A program made the position numbers and the translations under genes. A stretch of DNA of 64,000 nt from a virus. Location of the stretch: IMG/VR virus record IMGVR_UViG_3300037137_001027, positions 64,001 through 128,000 of that record. One strand, given 5' to 3'. The notes under the pieces are model-generated. The model was not told the origin of the DNA. It ran no database searches and saw nothing but the letters and a program-made list of their open reading frames with translations. Shown here one piece after another: positions 1 through 9,564 of the stretch (position 1 is its first letter; each line of letters starts with the position of its first letter).

Positions 1-16
1 CGTGAGGAAGGCAATC

Positions 17-42
17 TAATTGAGGTTGTACTAATCCAGACA
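17..42 (+). promoter_or_regulatory. Representative copy of the array motif; probable phage early promoter, predicted TSS 10 nt after the T of GTACT
   Basis: TAATTGAGGTTGTACT-AATCCAGAC-AGGAGG; the same spacing to a Y|R step recurs in most copies. Confidence 0.75.
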
Positions 43-55
43 GGAGGAAACACAA

Positions 56-292
56 ATGCTTGACGCTTATTGCAAACTGCTCTACGGTATCGGCTCTTGC
101 GACGATGGCGTTGAAACCGTCCTGTCCCCAAACGCTTTCGCTGGCCTGATCGACCTGACCCGCGCCGTCTATGGCGAACACGCTGCCGAAGTAGTTAAGA
201 ATCAATTTCAAATGAACAAACAAGGCGGCTGGACCTGCCCTATGGAAGAAATCGAAGACGCCTTCCGCCTCTGCCTGACTGGAGTAGGCTAG
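56..292 (+). CDS. hypothetical protein
   Basis: ORF with AGGAGG RBS directly behind the motif. Confidence 0.8.
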   Translation: MLDAYCKLLYGIGSCDDGVETVLSPNAFAGLIDLTRAVYGEHAAEVVKNQFQMNKQGGWTCPMEEIEDAFRLCLTGVG

Positions 293-549
293 TGAATCGC
301 AGTAACTTCATCAACGTCGCTACCAACAGCAACGACGGCAGCAAAATTGCTTGGACCGACGAAGAATTGCTTGAAGCAATCGAAGTGCTGCAATGTCTTG
401 TTGCCTATTTTAGCACAAGAAAAGAATGCCTAATCGCCCATGCGCTGCGACTGGAACTAATGAGCATGGAAGGATTTGCTAACGCTCGCAAATGGGTATG
501 CAATGGCGATACCTGGCAAATTAGACGGAAGGACGGCACCCTTGTCTAA
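292..549 (+). CDS. hypothetical protein
   Basis: ORF coupled to the previous stop. Confidence 0.7.
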   Translation: MNRSNFINVATNSNDGSKIAWTDEELLEAIEVLQCLVAYFSTRKECLIAHALRLELMSMEGFANARKWVCNGDTWQIRRKDGTLV

Positions 550-826
550 ATACTACGCCTTCATCATTGCGCTTATAATCCCTTGCATCCTGGCAGCGGA
601 ACAGCAACCGAATCATTACCTGGCCCCACTCCAGAAAGGCACCGAAATTACCTTTCGGGAAGCCCCTGGCGGCTACAAAATTACACTGCAATCCCCTGGC
701 ACACACAAGGTTACAGCAATGGACCCCGATTTCGTGACCATTACCGATGCCGCTGGCGTTACAACCATCCGCATCGGTAAGAATGCGGTCCTGTCTATTA
801 CCGAAATTAAGATACCAAAGAGGTAA
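542..826 (+). CDS. small secreted or membrane-anchored protein (probable TTG start)
   Basis: Signal-like YYAFIIALIIPCILAA followed by a beta-rich domain; GGAAGG upstream. Confidence 0.65.
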   Translation: MSKYYAFIIALIIPCILAAEQQPNHYLAPLQKGTEITFREAPGGYKITLQSPGTHKVTAMDPDFVTITDAAGVTTIRIGKNAVLSITEIKIPKR

Positions 827-831
827 AAACA

Positions 832-999
832 ATGTATCTTGTTCACGCAACCGCTCCCTTCCGTGGTGGTAACAAAGGCTGGGATTTCCGCGCTGATTAC
901 TTCCCGCGTAAAGTTCACTATAAGAAGGAAGCGCTCGCCCTGGCTCAAGAGGCTAAGGCCAAAGGCGCTACCAACGTCAAGCTAGAGAAGATCAAGTAA
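832..999 (+). CDS. hypothetical protein (55 aa, not in ORF track)
   Basis: GAGG RBS, MYLVHATAPF...; its stop is the TAA of the next motif. Confidence 0.7.
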   Translation: MYLVHATAPFRGGNKGWDFRADYFPRKVHYKKEALALAQEAKAKGATNVKLEKIK

Positions 1000-1021
1000 T
1001 TGAGGTTGTACTAAGCTGGGC

Positions 1022-1225
1022 ATGATAATCAAAACCACATCCCACCGATCAAGGGAAAAGCTAAAACAACTCCTGGGCTATATGCCCCAAGGTTATTTTA
1101 GCTTCTATAAGAACGGCGACTGGCGGGAAGTCCCCGATGATCGTTCGGAAGACGTTTTGAAAATCAAAGGTATCAGCCGTTCCAAACTGCCTGAAACAGC
1201 TAGACAATACATTGATTGGAGCTAA
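1022..1225 (+). CDS. hypothetical protein, probably leaderless
   Basis: ATG 9 nt after the motif core. Confidence 0.75.
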   Translation: MIIKTTSHRSREKLKQLLGYMPQGYFSFYKNGDWREVPDDRSEDVLKIKGISRSKLPETARQYIDWS

Positions 1226-1228
1226 GAA

Positions 1229-1483
1229 ATGGCTAACTGGCGTTATAAGATCGAATTGAACAAGGTTCTCACCGAAATGTCCGAGAAGCATGACCTCGAA
1301 CGACATGAGGCCCGCTGCCCAAAGGAAGTCAAGGAAGCTATCGCCAAGGAACTTGAAAAGGCTTGGCCGCTCAAGCGCTTCTGCGAAAAAATCCTTAATG
1401 CCAAGAGCATCGCCCAAGTCAATCGTATCTTGAAAAACGTCTGGAATGCCGCTGACCGTGAACTTGTCTGGTGCGGACTGTAA
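1229..1483 (+). CDS. hypothetical protein
   Basis: GGAG RBS, co-oriented ORF. Confidence 0.75.
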   Translation: MANWRYKIELNKVLTEMSEKHDLERHEARCPKEVKEAIAKELEKAWPLKRFCEKILNAKSIAQVNRILKNVWNAADRELVWCGL

Positions 1484-1518
1484 CTCCATTTGTTAATTGC
1501 GGTTGTACTAATCAGGAC

Positions 1519-1941
1519 ATGGAGAATAAAATGAAACTCAATGAACTTGAACAAAAAGCAGTCGATCATATCCGCCACAACGCTACTCGCTACGGCACCA
1601 GCGGCGGCGGTATGTTTGACAATCCCAAAACCCACGAAGATAAACGAACCCGCAAGCTGCTCGATAATGGCGTAATTCTCTACGTCGGCTGCGGCTCCCG
1701 CACTGAAAGCGGCTGGATGGGCGGCGCTGGCCTGATCCCCGCCGATATGTTTGATGCCACCAAACATACCAAACTGTCCGTCGATAGGGATTCCAGCCTG
1801 AAAGTGGTTGAACAAAAGTGTAATAATTCCCTGGCAATGGTCTATCACGTTGTCCTCGATGGCATCACCATTGCCGAATGCCGCGACCCTTATTGGGCAA
1901 ACTATCTGGCAAAGGCTATCAAGGGAAATCGCTACACCTGA
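1519..1941 (+). CDS. hypothetical protein (start 1519 or 1531)
   Basis: ORF behind motif 1494. Confidence 0.75.
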   Translation: MENKMKLNELEQKAVDHIRHNATRYGTSGGGMFDNPKTHEDKRTRKLLDNGVILYVGCGSRTESGWMGGAGLIPADMFDATKHTKLSVDRDSSLKVVEQKCNNSLAMVYHVVLDGITIAECRDPYWANYLAKAIKGNRYT

Positions 1942-1998
1942 TTTAGCCGAATCAAAGTAGCACACACACAAAAAGTTCTGCCCCACTACATAAAGAAT

Positions 1999-2235
1999 AT
2001 GTATTGGATTGCACGATTCGGACCAATTGAAGTAGGCAGAGTTACCACCATCCCTGGCAACCTGCCCTACTTCGTTACAATTAACGCCGTCGCCGTTAAA
2101 CAACTATGCAGCACCCCACTACCCGAAACAGCCTTTATTAAATCATTCAGTGATTTTTATGCTGCCGAAGCCTACGCAACGTCCTTCTTCCCACTGGATA
2201 CCCAACCATTCATCGAATGGACCCAATTTAATTGA
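1999..2235 (+). CDS. hypothetical protein
   Basis: ORF ending inside the next motif. Confidence 0.6.
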   Translation: MYWIARFGPIEVGRVTTIPGNLPYFVTINAVAVKQLCSTPLPETAFIKSFSDFYAAEAYATSFFPLDTQPFIEWTQFN

Positions 2236-2253
2236 GGTTGTACTAATCCCAAT

Positions 2254-2568
2254 ATGATTACTACAGCAAACGCTCTGGATGCACTGAAAGATAAATTCAT
2301 CACCGACTGGCGAATGAAACTCTGTCGGGATGATAACCTGAAATGGAAGTCCCCCGTCGTCACCAGCGATAAGGTTTCTGTGTCCAACGAAACCTATGGT
2401 AAGACTTCATACCTGTACTTCCATGCCAAAACCGCTGAATTGGCCAAAGAAATTGCGGCAACCCTCCGCACCATCGGCGGCAAACCCAACTTCGGCTGGT
2501 GCGCATCTGACCCCACTTGCTTCGATTTACAAGTGTCCCGCTTCAACGGCTACCACTGGTGGGAATAA
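2254..2568 (+). CDS. hypothetical protein, probably leaderless
   Basis: ATG 9 nt after the motif core. Confidence 0.8.
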   Translation: MITTANALDALKDKFITDWRMKLCRDDNLKWKSPVVTSDKVSVSNETYGKTSYLYFHAKTAELAKEIAATLRTIGGKPNFGWCASDPTCFDLQVSRFNGYHWWE

Positions 2569-3233
2569 TGAACTACAAAATCCTACTCGATGAAGCAAAA
2601 TTCGATGAATTTACTAACTTCCTCCCCGACCTGGAAGCCAACGAAGTCTATTACCTCTCCCTCTTCGCCCGACATAAATACTGTACCTCTGTCCCTAACA
2701 TAAAAGACAACCAACTCGCCCGCTTCACCAGCAGCAAAGAAACCCTGAAAGAACACATCCTTCGTCTGGAATGCTCCATCGGTGGCTATAAAAGAGAAGG
2801 AATTGACGTTCCCCAAGAAGCATTGGCGCTTTACATTGCCCTGAATCCCCGTAATATAGTTAAAGCAAATAAAGAACTTTTGGTCGAATTGGCTAAGTGC
2901 TTCGCGGAAGGAAAAGCCGATTTTAACCCGCTGTCCCTCGCCCGTACCGCTATCCACCACGCAACAAACCGTAAAGTCTTTGTAGACTTTGATTATGATT
3001 TTATCGCTCCAGAAACCCATTTGCCCAAAATTAAGGAAGTTTTACCAGATAACGCATTCAAAATCCTTAAAACAAGAGGCGGCTTCCACATCCTAGTCCT
3101 ACTCGCTAATGCTCCTAAAACCAACTGGTTCAAAGCACTAAGCAACCTAGAAGGCTGTGACGTTAAAGGTAGTAATACCCTTATTCCCGTCCCTGGCTGT
3201 ACCCAAGGCGGATTCACCCCTTACCTGGAGTAA
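2568..3233 (+). CDS. hypothetical protein with AEP/primase-like motifs
   Basis: VFVDFDYD and KTRGGFHIL resemble AEP motifs I and II. Confidence 0.45.
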   Translation: MNYKILLDEAKFDEFTNFLPDLEANEVYYLSLFARHKYCTSVPNIKDNQLARFTSSKETLKEHILRLECSIGGYKREGIDVPQEALALYIALNPRNIVKANKELLVELAKCFAEGKADFNPLSLARTAIHHATNRKVFVDFDYDFIAPETHLPKIKEVLPDNAFKILKTRGGFHILVLLANAPKTNWFKALSNLEGCDVKGSNTLIPVPGCTQGGFTPYLE

Positions 3234-3236
3234 AAT

Positions 3237-3575
3237 ATGCCGACGAATAACCCCACTGGTTACGAAACCTATGTCTACGATCATAGACAATACCCCCACG
3301 CCAACTATGATGGCGCTATCTACGAAAGTCGCCAACATGCCAACGCGCCGCTCCATGACCCGAAATCCCTCCCTAAACCTGAATGCGATAACGATTCCCT
3401 ACCCCGCGTCATGGTCGAACCATGCTACGCCAGCCGCTCCAACGATGTTTGGCTCTATTTCAGGGAAGGTCATAGCATCATGCTCCCCCGCATCATGGCC
3501 GAACAACTAAGAGATGCCCTAATCAAAGTCTGCGAGAAACCTAAACAAGAAAAAACAACATGGGAAACCCAATAA
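3237..3575 (+). CDS. hypothetical protein
   Basis: GGAG RBS; stop overlaps the motif. Confidence 0.7.
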   Translation: MPTNNPTGYETYVYDHRQYPHANYDGAIYESRQHANAPLHDPKSLPKPECDNDSLPRVMVEPCYASRSNDVWLYFREGHSIMLPRIMAEQLRDALIKVCEKPKQEKTTWETQ

Positions 3576-3597
3576 GTAAGGTTGTACTAATAACAAT

Positions 3598-3762
3598 ATG
3601 AACACCAAATACCCACTACTCGACGCCGAAGCAAAACGCATCGCCTCCGATACCTGCAAGGCTATTAACCTAGCCTCCCAAAACACCCAAGATGAAGGTA
3701 TGCCCTATAAGGCCCAATATATCTTGGAAGAGGTTATTAAAATCCTGAAGGAGAAGGTCTAA
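3598..3762 (+). CDS. hypothetical protein (54 aa), probably leaderless
   Basis: ATG 9 nt after the motif core; MNTKYPLLDAE. Confidence 0.7.
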   Translation: MNTKYPLLDAEAKRIASDTCKAINLASQNTQDEGMPYKAQYILEEVIKILKEKV

Positions 3763-3933
3763 ATGTCCCGTAAAGACGCAATCCGTGCGCTCGCCAAGGA
3801 TTTTATCAAATTCGTCACCAAAGAAGATGATAAAACTGGCGCACTCAACGCCTGGAACCTTAAACTCCAAGAAGACCTCGCAAAACAAATTAAATACGAA
3901 TTGGAAGAACAACTCCCCAAAGAAGACCTATGA
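3763..3933 (+). CDS. hypothetical protein (56 aa)
   Basis: GGAG/AAGG RBS; MSRKDAIRALAK. Confidence 0.65.
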   Translation: MSRKDAIRALAKDFIKFVTKEDDKTGALNAWNLKLQEDLAKQIKYELEEQLPKEDL

Positions 3934-3963
3934 TTAAACAATCGAGGTTGTACTAATCAAAAC

Positions 3964-4413
3964 ATGGACACCAACATCGCTGTATCACTGGCCCGCCAAC
4001 TAATGATCGACCACGGTTTGGGCCACTGGTCCTTTGAATTCGACCGCGCCAAACGCCGCGCTGGTTGCTGCAAACACCGTAGCTCAATAATTAGCCTGAG
4101 CTATGTCTACACCACCCGTAATAGCGAACCCGAAGTCAAAGATACCATCCTGCACGAAATTGCCCATGCCCTCGCTGGCCCAAAACAAGGCCACAATAAC
4201 GTCTGGAAAACTATCTGTCGCAGAATCGGCGCTAAACCCGTTCGCTGCTATAGCGCTGATACTGTCGATATGCCCAAAGGTCGCTGGAAAGCACAATGTA
4301 ATTCTTGTAAAAAGGAATTCCATGCCCACCGTCGCCCTAAAAACCACATGAATCGCTATTGTACCCGCTGTGGCCCCGTCAACGGCGCAATCACCTTCAA
4401 ACAAGGATACTAA
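3964..4413 (+). CDS. SprT-like zinc metalloprotease
   Basis: RRAGCC, DTILHEIAHAL, GHNNVWK and C-terminal CxxC...CxxC. Confidence 0.85.
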   Translation: MDTNIAVSLARQLMIDHGLGHWSFEFDRAKRRAGCCKHRSSIISLSYVYTTRNSEPEVKDTILHEIAHALAGPKQGHNNVWKTICRRIGAKPVRCYSADTVDMPKGRWKAQCNSCKKEFHAHRRPKNHMNRYCTRCGPVNGAITFKQGY

Positions 4414-4415
4414 AC

Positions 4416-4694
4416 ATGACCGAATCCATCTTCTTCACCGTTATTAACCCCCATACCGAAGAAGAAACCAGAATCAATATCTCTATTAACCCCGAAGAAA
4501 AAATCTTCGCGGTTAATAATATCCTAATCGACCCCCAACAACTGGCCGAACTAGGAATGCTCCTGTTCGCCCTGGCTAACCAACACGGTCAACCTGACCT
4601 GGACTCCTGCAACGAACTACTCTACGGCTTTGATATTCCACTCCCTATCAAGGCGCTCAAAGAGGTTATCGACATAGAAAAGGAAGTTGCATGA
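4416..4694 (+). CDS. hypothetical protein
   Basis: AAGGA RBS, co-oriented ORF. Confidence 0.7.
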   Translation: MTESIFFTVINPHTEEETRINISINPEEKIFAVNNILIDPQQLAELGMLLFALANQHGQPDLDSCNELLYGFDIPLPIKALKEVIDIEKEVA

Positions 4695-4891
4695 AATTCT
4701 TCGATCTTAAAATTCGTATTAGCTCCAATTACCAAACAGAAAAAGAGGTAATGGAGAAGTTTGGAGAATGGCTCGCTGCCACTAAAGGTATCAAAACCTC
4801 TCTTTGGCAAGGTAATTCCTGCATCGTTGAACTTGGCGTTACGCAACTGTCCGAAAAGAATGCGTCAATCGGAGCAAACCATGAAAATTGA
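4691..4891 (+). CDS. hypothetical protein
   Basis: ATGA coupling to the previous gene. Confidence 0.65.
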   Translation: MKFFDLKIRISSNYQTEKEVMEKFGEWLAATKGIKTSLWQGNSCIVELGVTQLSEKNASIGANHEN

Positions 4892-5294
4892 CCCACGCTT
4901 TAAGGATACTGAATTCGTTGTCGAAGCCGATTCCTTCGCCCGTCTTGCCCTGTGGGAACGCTTCTCCACCGAAGCACTACATAAAACCGAATTGAATACC
5001 ATTAACTGGCAACAAGACTCTATGGGAACCTGCTACCAAGTCGGCTCCCTAGATAATCGACCAGTTAATATCGACTTCGTTTGGGCCAAACTCAATAACC
5101 ATTTAATCCTCTTTTACCACGCCTGCTCCCAAGTAGTCGATCATAAAATGGTCGAAAATTGGATTGAAAAATACTGTAACCCCCAACATAACGAACGCCG
5201 CTCCCATTGTGATGCTAATAACTTCGCTCATGCTATTAGCTATATCTCCAACTTCGCTGGCTGGGAACCTACCGCTCCCGCCAGTAAAGCCTGA
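4881..5294 (+). CDS. hypothetical protein
   Basis: GGAG RBS before MKIDPRF. Confidence 0.75.
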   Translation: MKIDPRFKDTEFVVEADSFARLALWERFSTEALHKTELNTINWQQDSMGTCYQVGSLDNRPVNIDFVWAKLNNHLILFYHACSQVVDHKMVENWIEKYCNPQHNERRSHCDANNFAHAISYISNFAGWEPTAPASKA

Positions 5295-5544
5295 GACGCT
5301 CTAAATAATATCGGTAATCAAATAACCGATTATTAACCACCCTGTTATGACGCCGATATAACCAAAAATTAAAGTATGACACATCCTATCTATCACCAGC
5401 GGAATCTATTCACCTATCTATTCACCAATTTCCGCAAACCCCATGAAATCAAGCGTTTAGGGCAAAAGAATCTATTCATCTTGTCAGAAAAACACCCCCA
5501 CTTTCCTGACAAACCCAAAGAATTGCGGTTGTACTAATAGAAGC

Positions 5545-5805
5545 ATGAACACCAAACTTAAAACTGGCTCAATCATCCTGGTCCACGGCTGGATTATGAC
5601 CAAAGGACTAGACGGCGGGCAGAAATACCGCGTCCAATCAATGCCAGACCACCACGGCATCCCTACCTACCAGTTTACTAAGGCAAAAGGTAAGAAACTC
5701 GTCGCTCGACATTACATTGGCGATATTGATGTTTGGATTAGGACAAAAGATCATCCCGACCTGAACCGAATTGAAATACTTGACGCCACCCCACAAACAA
5801 AGTAA
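5545..5805 (+). CDS. hypothetical protein, probably leaderless
   Basis: ATG 9 nt after the motif core. Confidence 0.75.
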   Translation: MNTKLKTGSIILVHGWIMTKGLDGGQKYRVQSMPDHHGIPTYQFTKAKGKKLVARHYIGDIDVWIRTKDHPDLNRIEILDATPQTK

Positions 5806-5836
5806 AATCTCATACATACCATAAGAGGTGTAACCC

Positions 5837-6034
5837 ATGAATTTCAAAGTGCAACGCGCTGGACTCCAAGGCGATAAATGGCAAACTGTCTGCACCAACC
5901 CTAATCAGGATTATGCCGAAGAAATCTACCAGAAACAATTGGTCATGTACTCCATCGGGCGCTTCCGCCTCCTTGACCCCGATGATAAAGTAATCAAAGA
6001 AGGTAAAGCCGCTCCACTGTTCAGTAGGAACTAA
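5837..6034 (+). CDS. hypothetical protein
   Basis: GAGGTG RBS. Confidence 0.7.
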   Translation: MNFKVQRAGLQGDKWQTVCTNPNQDYAEEIYQKQLVMYSIGRFRLLDPDDKVIKEGKAAPLFSRN

Positions 6035-6196
6035 TCCCATGACCTGGACCTACAAAAATGTCACCGTCTTTCCCGCTCCCCTAAATGGCTCTGGCATTCG
6101 CTGGACCGCTAATTGTGGTGTCGGCTATTCGCTCCGTGCAGACTCAAAAAGTGAAATGCGAAAACTTATTAACGCCCTGCCAAATGAGGAATAAAC

Positions 6197-6448
6197 ATGA
6201 TCGAACTCCCTACCGAACTTACCGTAGAACAACTCGAAGTCACCTGGCTTAATATAAATGGACCTGTAAATGTTATAGCCAAACTTAGCCAGTGGATGTA
6301 TGAAAATAAATGCTCCCCTATCTGGGACTGCGCTGGCTCCGCTGGCCCCTGGTTTATTAAAATGGCCTTCCAACCAAATAAAGCTACCCAAGTCCTGGCC
6401 AAAATTAAGGAAATGATAGAGCAAAATAATGTAGTACCTAAGTCCTGA
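6197..6448 (+). CDS. hypothetical protein
   Basis: GAGGA RBS. Confidence 0.7.
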   Translation: MIELPTELTVEQLEVTWLNINGPVNVIAKLSQWMYENKCSPIWDCAGSAGPWFIKMAFQPNKATQVLAKIKEMIEQNNVVPKS

Positions 6449-7714
6449 ATAGGAAAGAACTTAGGAAGTCACCCACTTTTTCCCATTCCGACCCACTAAA
6501 TAAGGGGTCTAACCACTTTTCTATAGAGTTAATTTCTTATACTCCACGGAAAAGATTTCATAATCATAAACATAGTGTGCATATGCACTTATGGCGATGT
6601 GAAAAGATTTCAAATACACATAACGGTGTAATTAGAGGACAATTAGTTGTGTACTTTGTGATGCGGGCGTGTGTATAATGGGCATATAACGTGTGTATAA
6701 ATGCGCCTTATATGCGTGTCTAAATGGGCATATAAATGTGTGATGCGTGTATGTGATGCGTGTATGTGCGTCCACGCCCGCGTGAGGGGTAAGCCTAGAT
6801 GGGACAAGTTTTTTTGTTGGGTAAATTTTAGGAATTGAGGTTGTACTAATTGGAAGTGTTGGGAAAACAAATAAGCCAGGCAAAACTATGCCTGGCTTAT
6901 TTGACCCAAACCAAAAAGGTTTTTCGTGGTATCCACCACCTTATTTTTAACCCAAAATAAGGAAAGGGATTTATCTGATTTGCACCTGGAAGGTGTATTG
7001 TAGGCAAATTAGGATAGCAAGTTGTTTAGACTTGCTATCCTGTACCGCACAAGTGTCGCCCAGTCACTTGCTTGGTACTACTACTTTACACCAATAACCC
7101 CCAAAGTAAAGAAGAAAAAAAAGAATTCAAGAGTTCCACATCCAAGAGATACGCTGAACGGCCTCCATTTCTTTCCTCCAAATTATTATTTCCCCCAAGT
7201 GCATATGCAGCTTATGCTTATGCACAAAAGAATTTGATCTCTTGTGATGAGTGCGTGTTATGTGCGCTCGCGTGGGGGTGTAAGTGAGTTCGCGTGGCGG
7301 CTAGAAAATTATTTTCCCTAAGTCGTTATGGCTGTAGGGGAAGAAACTTGCGAAATAGTCGGACAAGTAAGGATTCTAGCCGTTAAGGTGGCTGCCTGAG
7401 TTCAGGAAATTTTGATTTATGGCACGTCCTGGTGGCTGCCTGAGTTCAGGAAATTTTGATTTATGGCACGTCCTGGTGGCTTGCCATAAGTGTTGTTGGC
7501 TGTAGGAGATAAGGGAGATGGGTGAATGGACAGTGGATACTGTTGGTGGGTTTGCTGGGGGTTGTTGGGGATGAGTGCCGAACTGGGGAATTTGAGGTTG
7601 TACTGAATTTTGGCATGGCGAAGCTACGAACACAGCTAAGGGGGTATACGGGTTATGACCAGCGACCATCCATTTTTGATTTTGGCTAAACTGTAGGAAA
7701 GTCTAGTTTGGCCA
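6449..7714. other. 1.3-kb non-coding region with hairpins, palindromes and tandem repeats; candidate replication origin or genome-end region
   Basis: No credible ORF; 15-bp inverted repeat at 6868-6903, 12-bp inverted repeat at 7011-7041, GTGCATATGCAC palindrome, TGTGATGCGTGTA repeats; C-rich to G-rich switch. Confidence 0.45.
7387..7481 (+). repeat. 44-bp tandem direct repeat (2 copies plus a partial third)
   Basis: GGTGGCTGCCTGAGTTCAGGAAATTTTGATTTATGGCACGTCCT at 7387 and 7431. Confidence 0.95.
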
Positions 7715-7768
7715 AATTGAGGTTGTACTAATTCGGTCGTGGCGAACCGAACTTTAGGGGGGATTGCA

Positions 7769-8152
7769 ATGGTTGCTTCACAGTGGGGTTGCGAGTGTCA
7801 GCGTTATTTCATTCAAACTGACGAGGTGAATAAGAAAGGAAACGCAAAAAGTATTCCCGTTGAGGTGCGGAAGATGCACATTCGCGGTTCGTTTCTTTTT
7901 ACCGATTATTTCCGCGTTGTCTTGGTCAAGCGGAAGGCGGGCAACATCTATTCGGTGAAGCAGCGAAAGAAGCCAGAGCGGGCATGGTGGGATAAGACGC
8001 CGATCAAGGATGAAGATTGCAAAATGGTGAAGGAGGGCAGCTATACACGCGAACAGTTTCTTGCGTGGTTGGTGCATTACGTTCCGAACCCGATGGGGGC
8101 TTGCGTGGAACTGGAAACTTGTCCACCTGATGTGGAGGTGGCGGCGGCTTAA
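7769..8152 (+). CDS. hypothetical protein (ends EVAAA)
   Basis: GGGGGA RBS behind motif 7715. Confidence 0.75.
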   Translation: MVASQWGCECQRYFIQTDEVNKKGNAKSIPVEVRKMHIRGSFLFTDYFRVVLVKRKAGNIYSVKQRKKPERAWWDKTPIKDEDCKMVKEGSYTREQFLAWLVHYVPNPMGACVELETCPPDVEVAAA

Positions 8153-8282
8153 TTTTGTCTAAGAATTCCCTTACCAATCCCGTTATTTGGGGTAAAGTAG
8201 GGGAGTTCTAGTTTAGGCAAGAATTGAGGTTGTACTAAACCTAGCACAAGGGAATTCACTCAAACCAAGAAAGAGGTGGACT

Positions 8283-9311
8283 ATGGACGCTGTTGAGACG
8301 ATGGGTTATGTTGGTGCGACTCCTTGGCACGGCAAGGGCAAGTCGGTTACGAATGAGGATGCCATGTACAACAGCAAGTTGTTCGTGGCGGAATGCGGTT
8401 TGAATTGGGAAGCGGAGAAGCGGCAGTTGTATCGTACCCGCGTCGGCGGTGATGGTGCATCGGTCTACGAACCCGCGTCGGCGTGGGAAGTGGTCCGCAA
8501 GAGCGATGGTCACGTTCTGGCCGACATGGTAGGCGAGCGGTATACCATTCTCCAGAACGAGGAAGCGTTCGCGTGGTTCCAGGGCTGGCTTGATGCCAAG
8601 GAAGCGGCGTTGCATACGGGCGGCGCGTTGTTCGGTGGTTCCCGCATTTGGGCGCTTGCCAAGTTGAACCGTGATCCTATGGAAATCGCTGCTGGCGATA
8701 TTGTGGAGAAGTACGTTCTTCTCTCCCATAGCCACGACGGTTCCCTTGCGGTGCGCGTCGGTTTCACCCCGATTCGCGTGGTTTGCTGGAACACGTTGAG
8801 CATGGCGAATAAGTCGGATGCTTCCAAGCTCATCCGCCTGAAGCATTCCAAGAATGTCCATCAGAACTTGGACAACTTGCGGGATGTGATGAACCTTGTC
8901 AATCAGGACTTCGAGGCGACGGCGGAACAATACCGTCTGTTGCAGCGCAAGTCCATCAATCAGAACGACTTGCGTAAGTACGTCAAGCGAGTTCTGAAGG
9001 TGGACGCGGAGGACAGCGTTATTTGGACGGGTTCGGCCCGCAGCAAGGAAATGAAGGAAGTGGTTTCCGAGCGGGAAAAGAACACTCTGGACAAAGTGAT
9101 TGGCCTTTGCGAATCGGGCAAGGGTAACAATCTACCGTCCGTGCGTGGTACTTACTGGTCCGCTTACAATGGCGTGACGGAGTATCTGAGCTACGTCAAG
9201 GGACGGAACGAAGATAACCGTCTGAACGCCTTGTGGTTCGGTACGAACGCGACGACGAACAGGGATGCGTTGTCCGTCGCGGTGGATATGGCGAGCGGCA
9301 TGGCCGTCTAA
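8283..9311 (+). CDS. DUF932 (TIGR03299-like) phage/plasmid protein
   Basis: MGYVGATPWHG, YTILQNEEAF, LSHSHDGS, TPIRVVCWNTL, GTYWSAYNGVTEY. Confidence 0.88.
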   Translation: MDAVETMGYVGATPWHGKGKSVTNEDAMYNSKLFVAECGLNWEAEKRQLYRTRVGGDGASVYEPASAWEVVRKSDGHVLADMVGERYTILQNEEAFAWFQGWLDAKEAALHTGGALFGGSRIWALAKLNRDPMEIAAGDIVEKYVLLSHSHDGSLAVRVGFTPIRVVCWNTLSMANKSDASKLIRLKHSKNVHQNLDNLRDVMNLVNQDFEATAEQYRLLQRKSINQNDLRKYVKRVLKVDAEDSVIWTGSARSKEMKEVVSEREKNTLDKVIGLCESGKGNNLPSVRGTYWSAYNGVTEYLSYVKGRNEDNRLNALWFGTNATTNRDALSVAVDMASGMAV

Positions 9312-9317
9312 GGCTAT

Positions 9318-9354
9318 AAGGAAGGGGGGAGAAATCCCCCCTTCCTCTTTTTTT
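9318..9354 (+). terminator. intrinsic terminator
   Basis: AGGAAGGGGGGA-GAAA-TCCCCCCTTCCT followed by a T-tract. Confidence 0.85.
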
Positions 9355-9390
9355 GTCTTATAGGTTTATAGAGGTTGTACTAAACCTATC

Positions 9391-9564
9391 ATGGACGAAC
9401 GGCTTTTTTGTGAATGGGAGAATGGGTCTTACGTCAATTCTCTTATGGGCGGCGACCGCTTCTTAGAGGATTTGATGGAATTGGTACGGGAGTATGGTCC
9501 ACCGATCAAGGTGGAAATCCGTGGGGCTAGTATGGTTTCGACAGCGGCCCAAGTGACAGGCTAG
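9391..9564 (+). CDS. hypothetical protein, probably leaderless; 3' end overlaps the tmRNA-like element
   Basis: ATG 9 nt after motif 9370. Confidence 0.55.
   Translation: MDERLFCEWENGSYVNSLMGGDRFLEDLMELVREYGPPIKVEIRGASMVSTAAQVTG

Noticed and set aside
6632-7669. ORFs in the 6.4-7.7 kb island
   Set aside because: Low-complexity translations of repeats with no RBS or motif-linked start.
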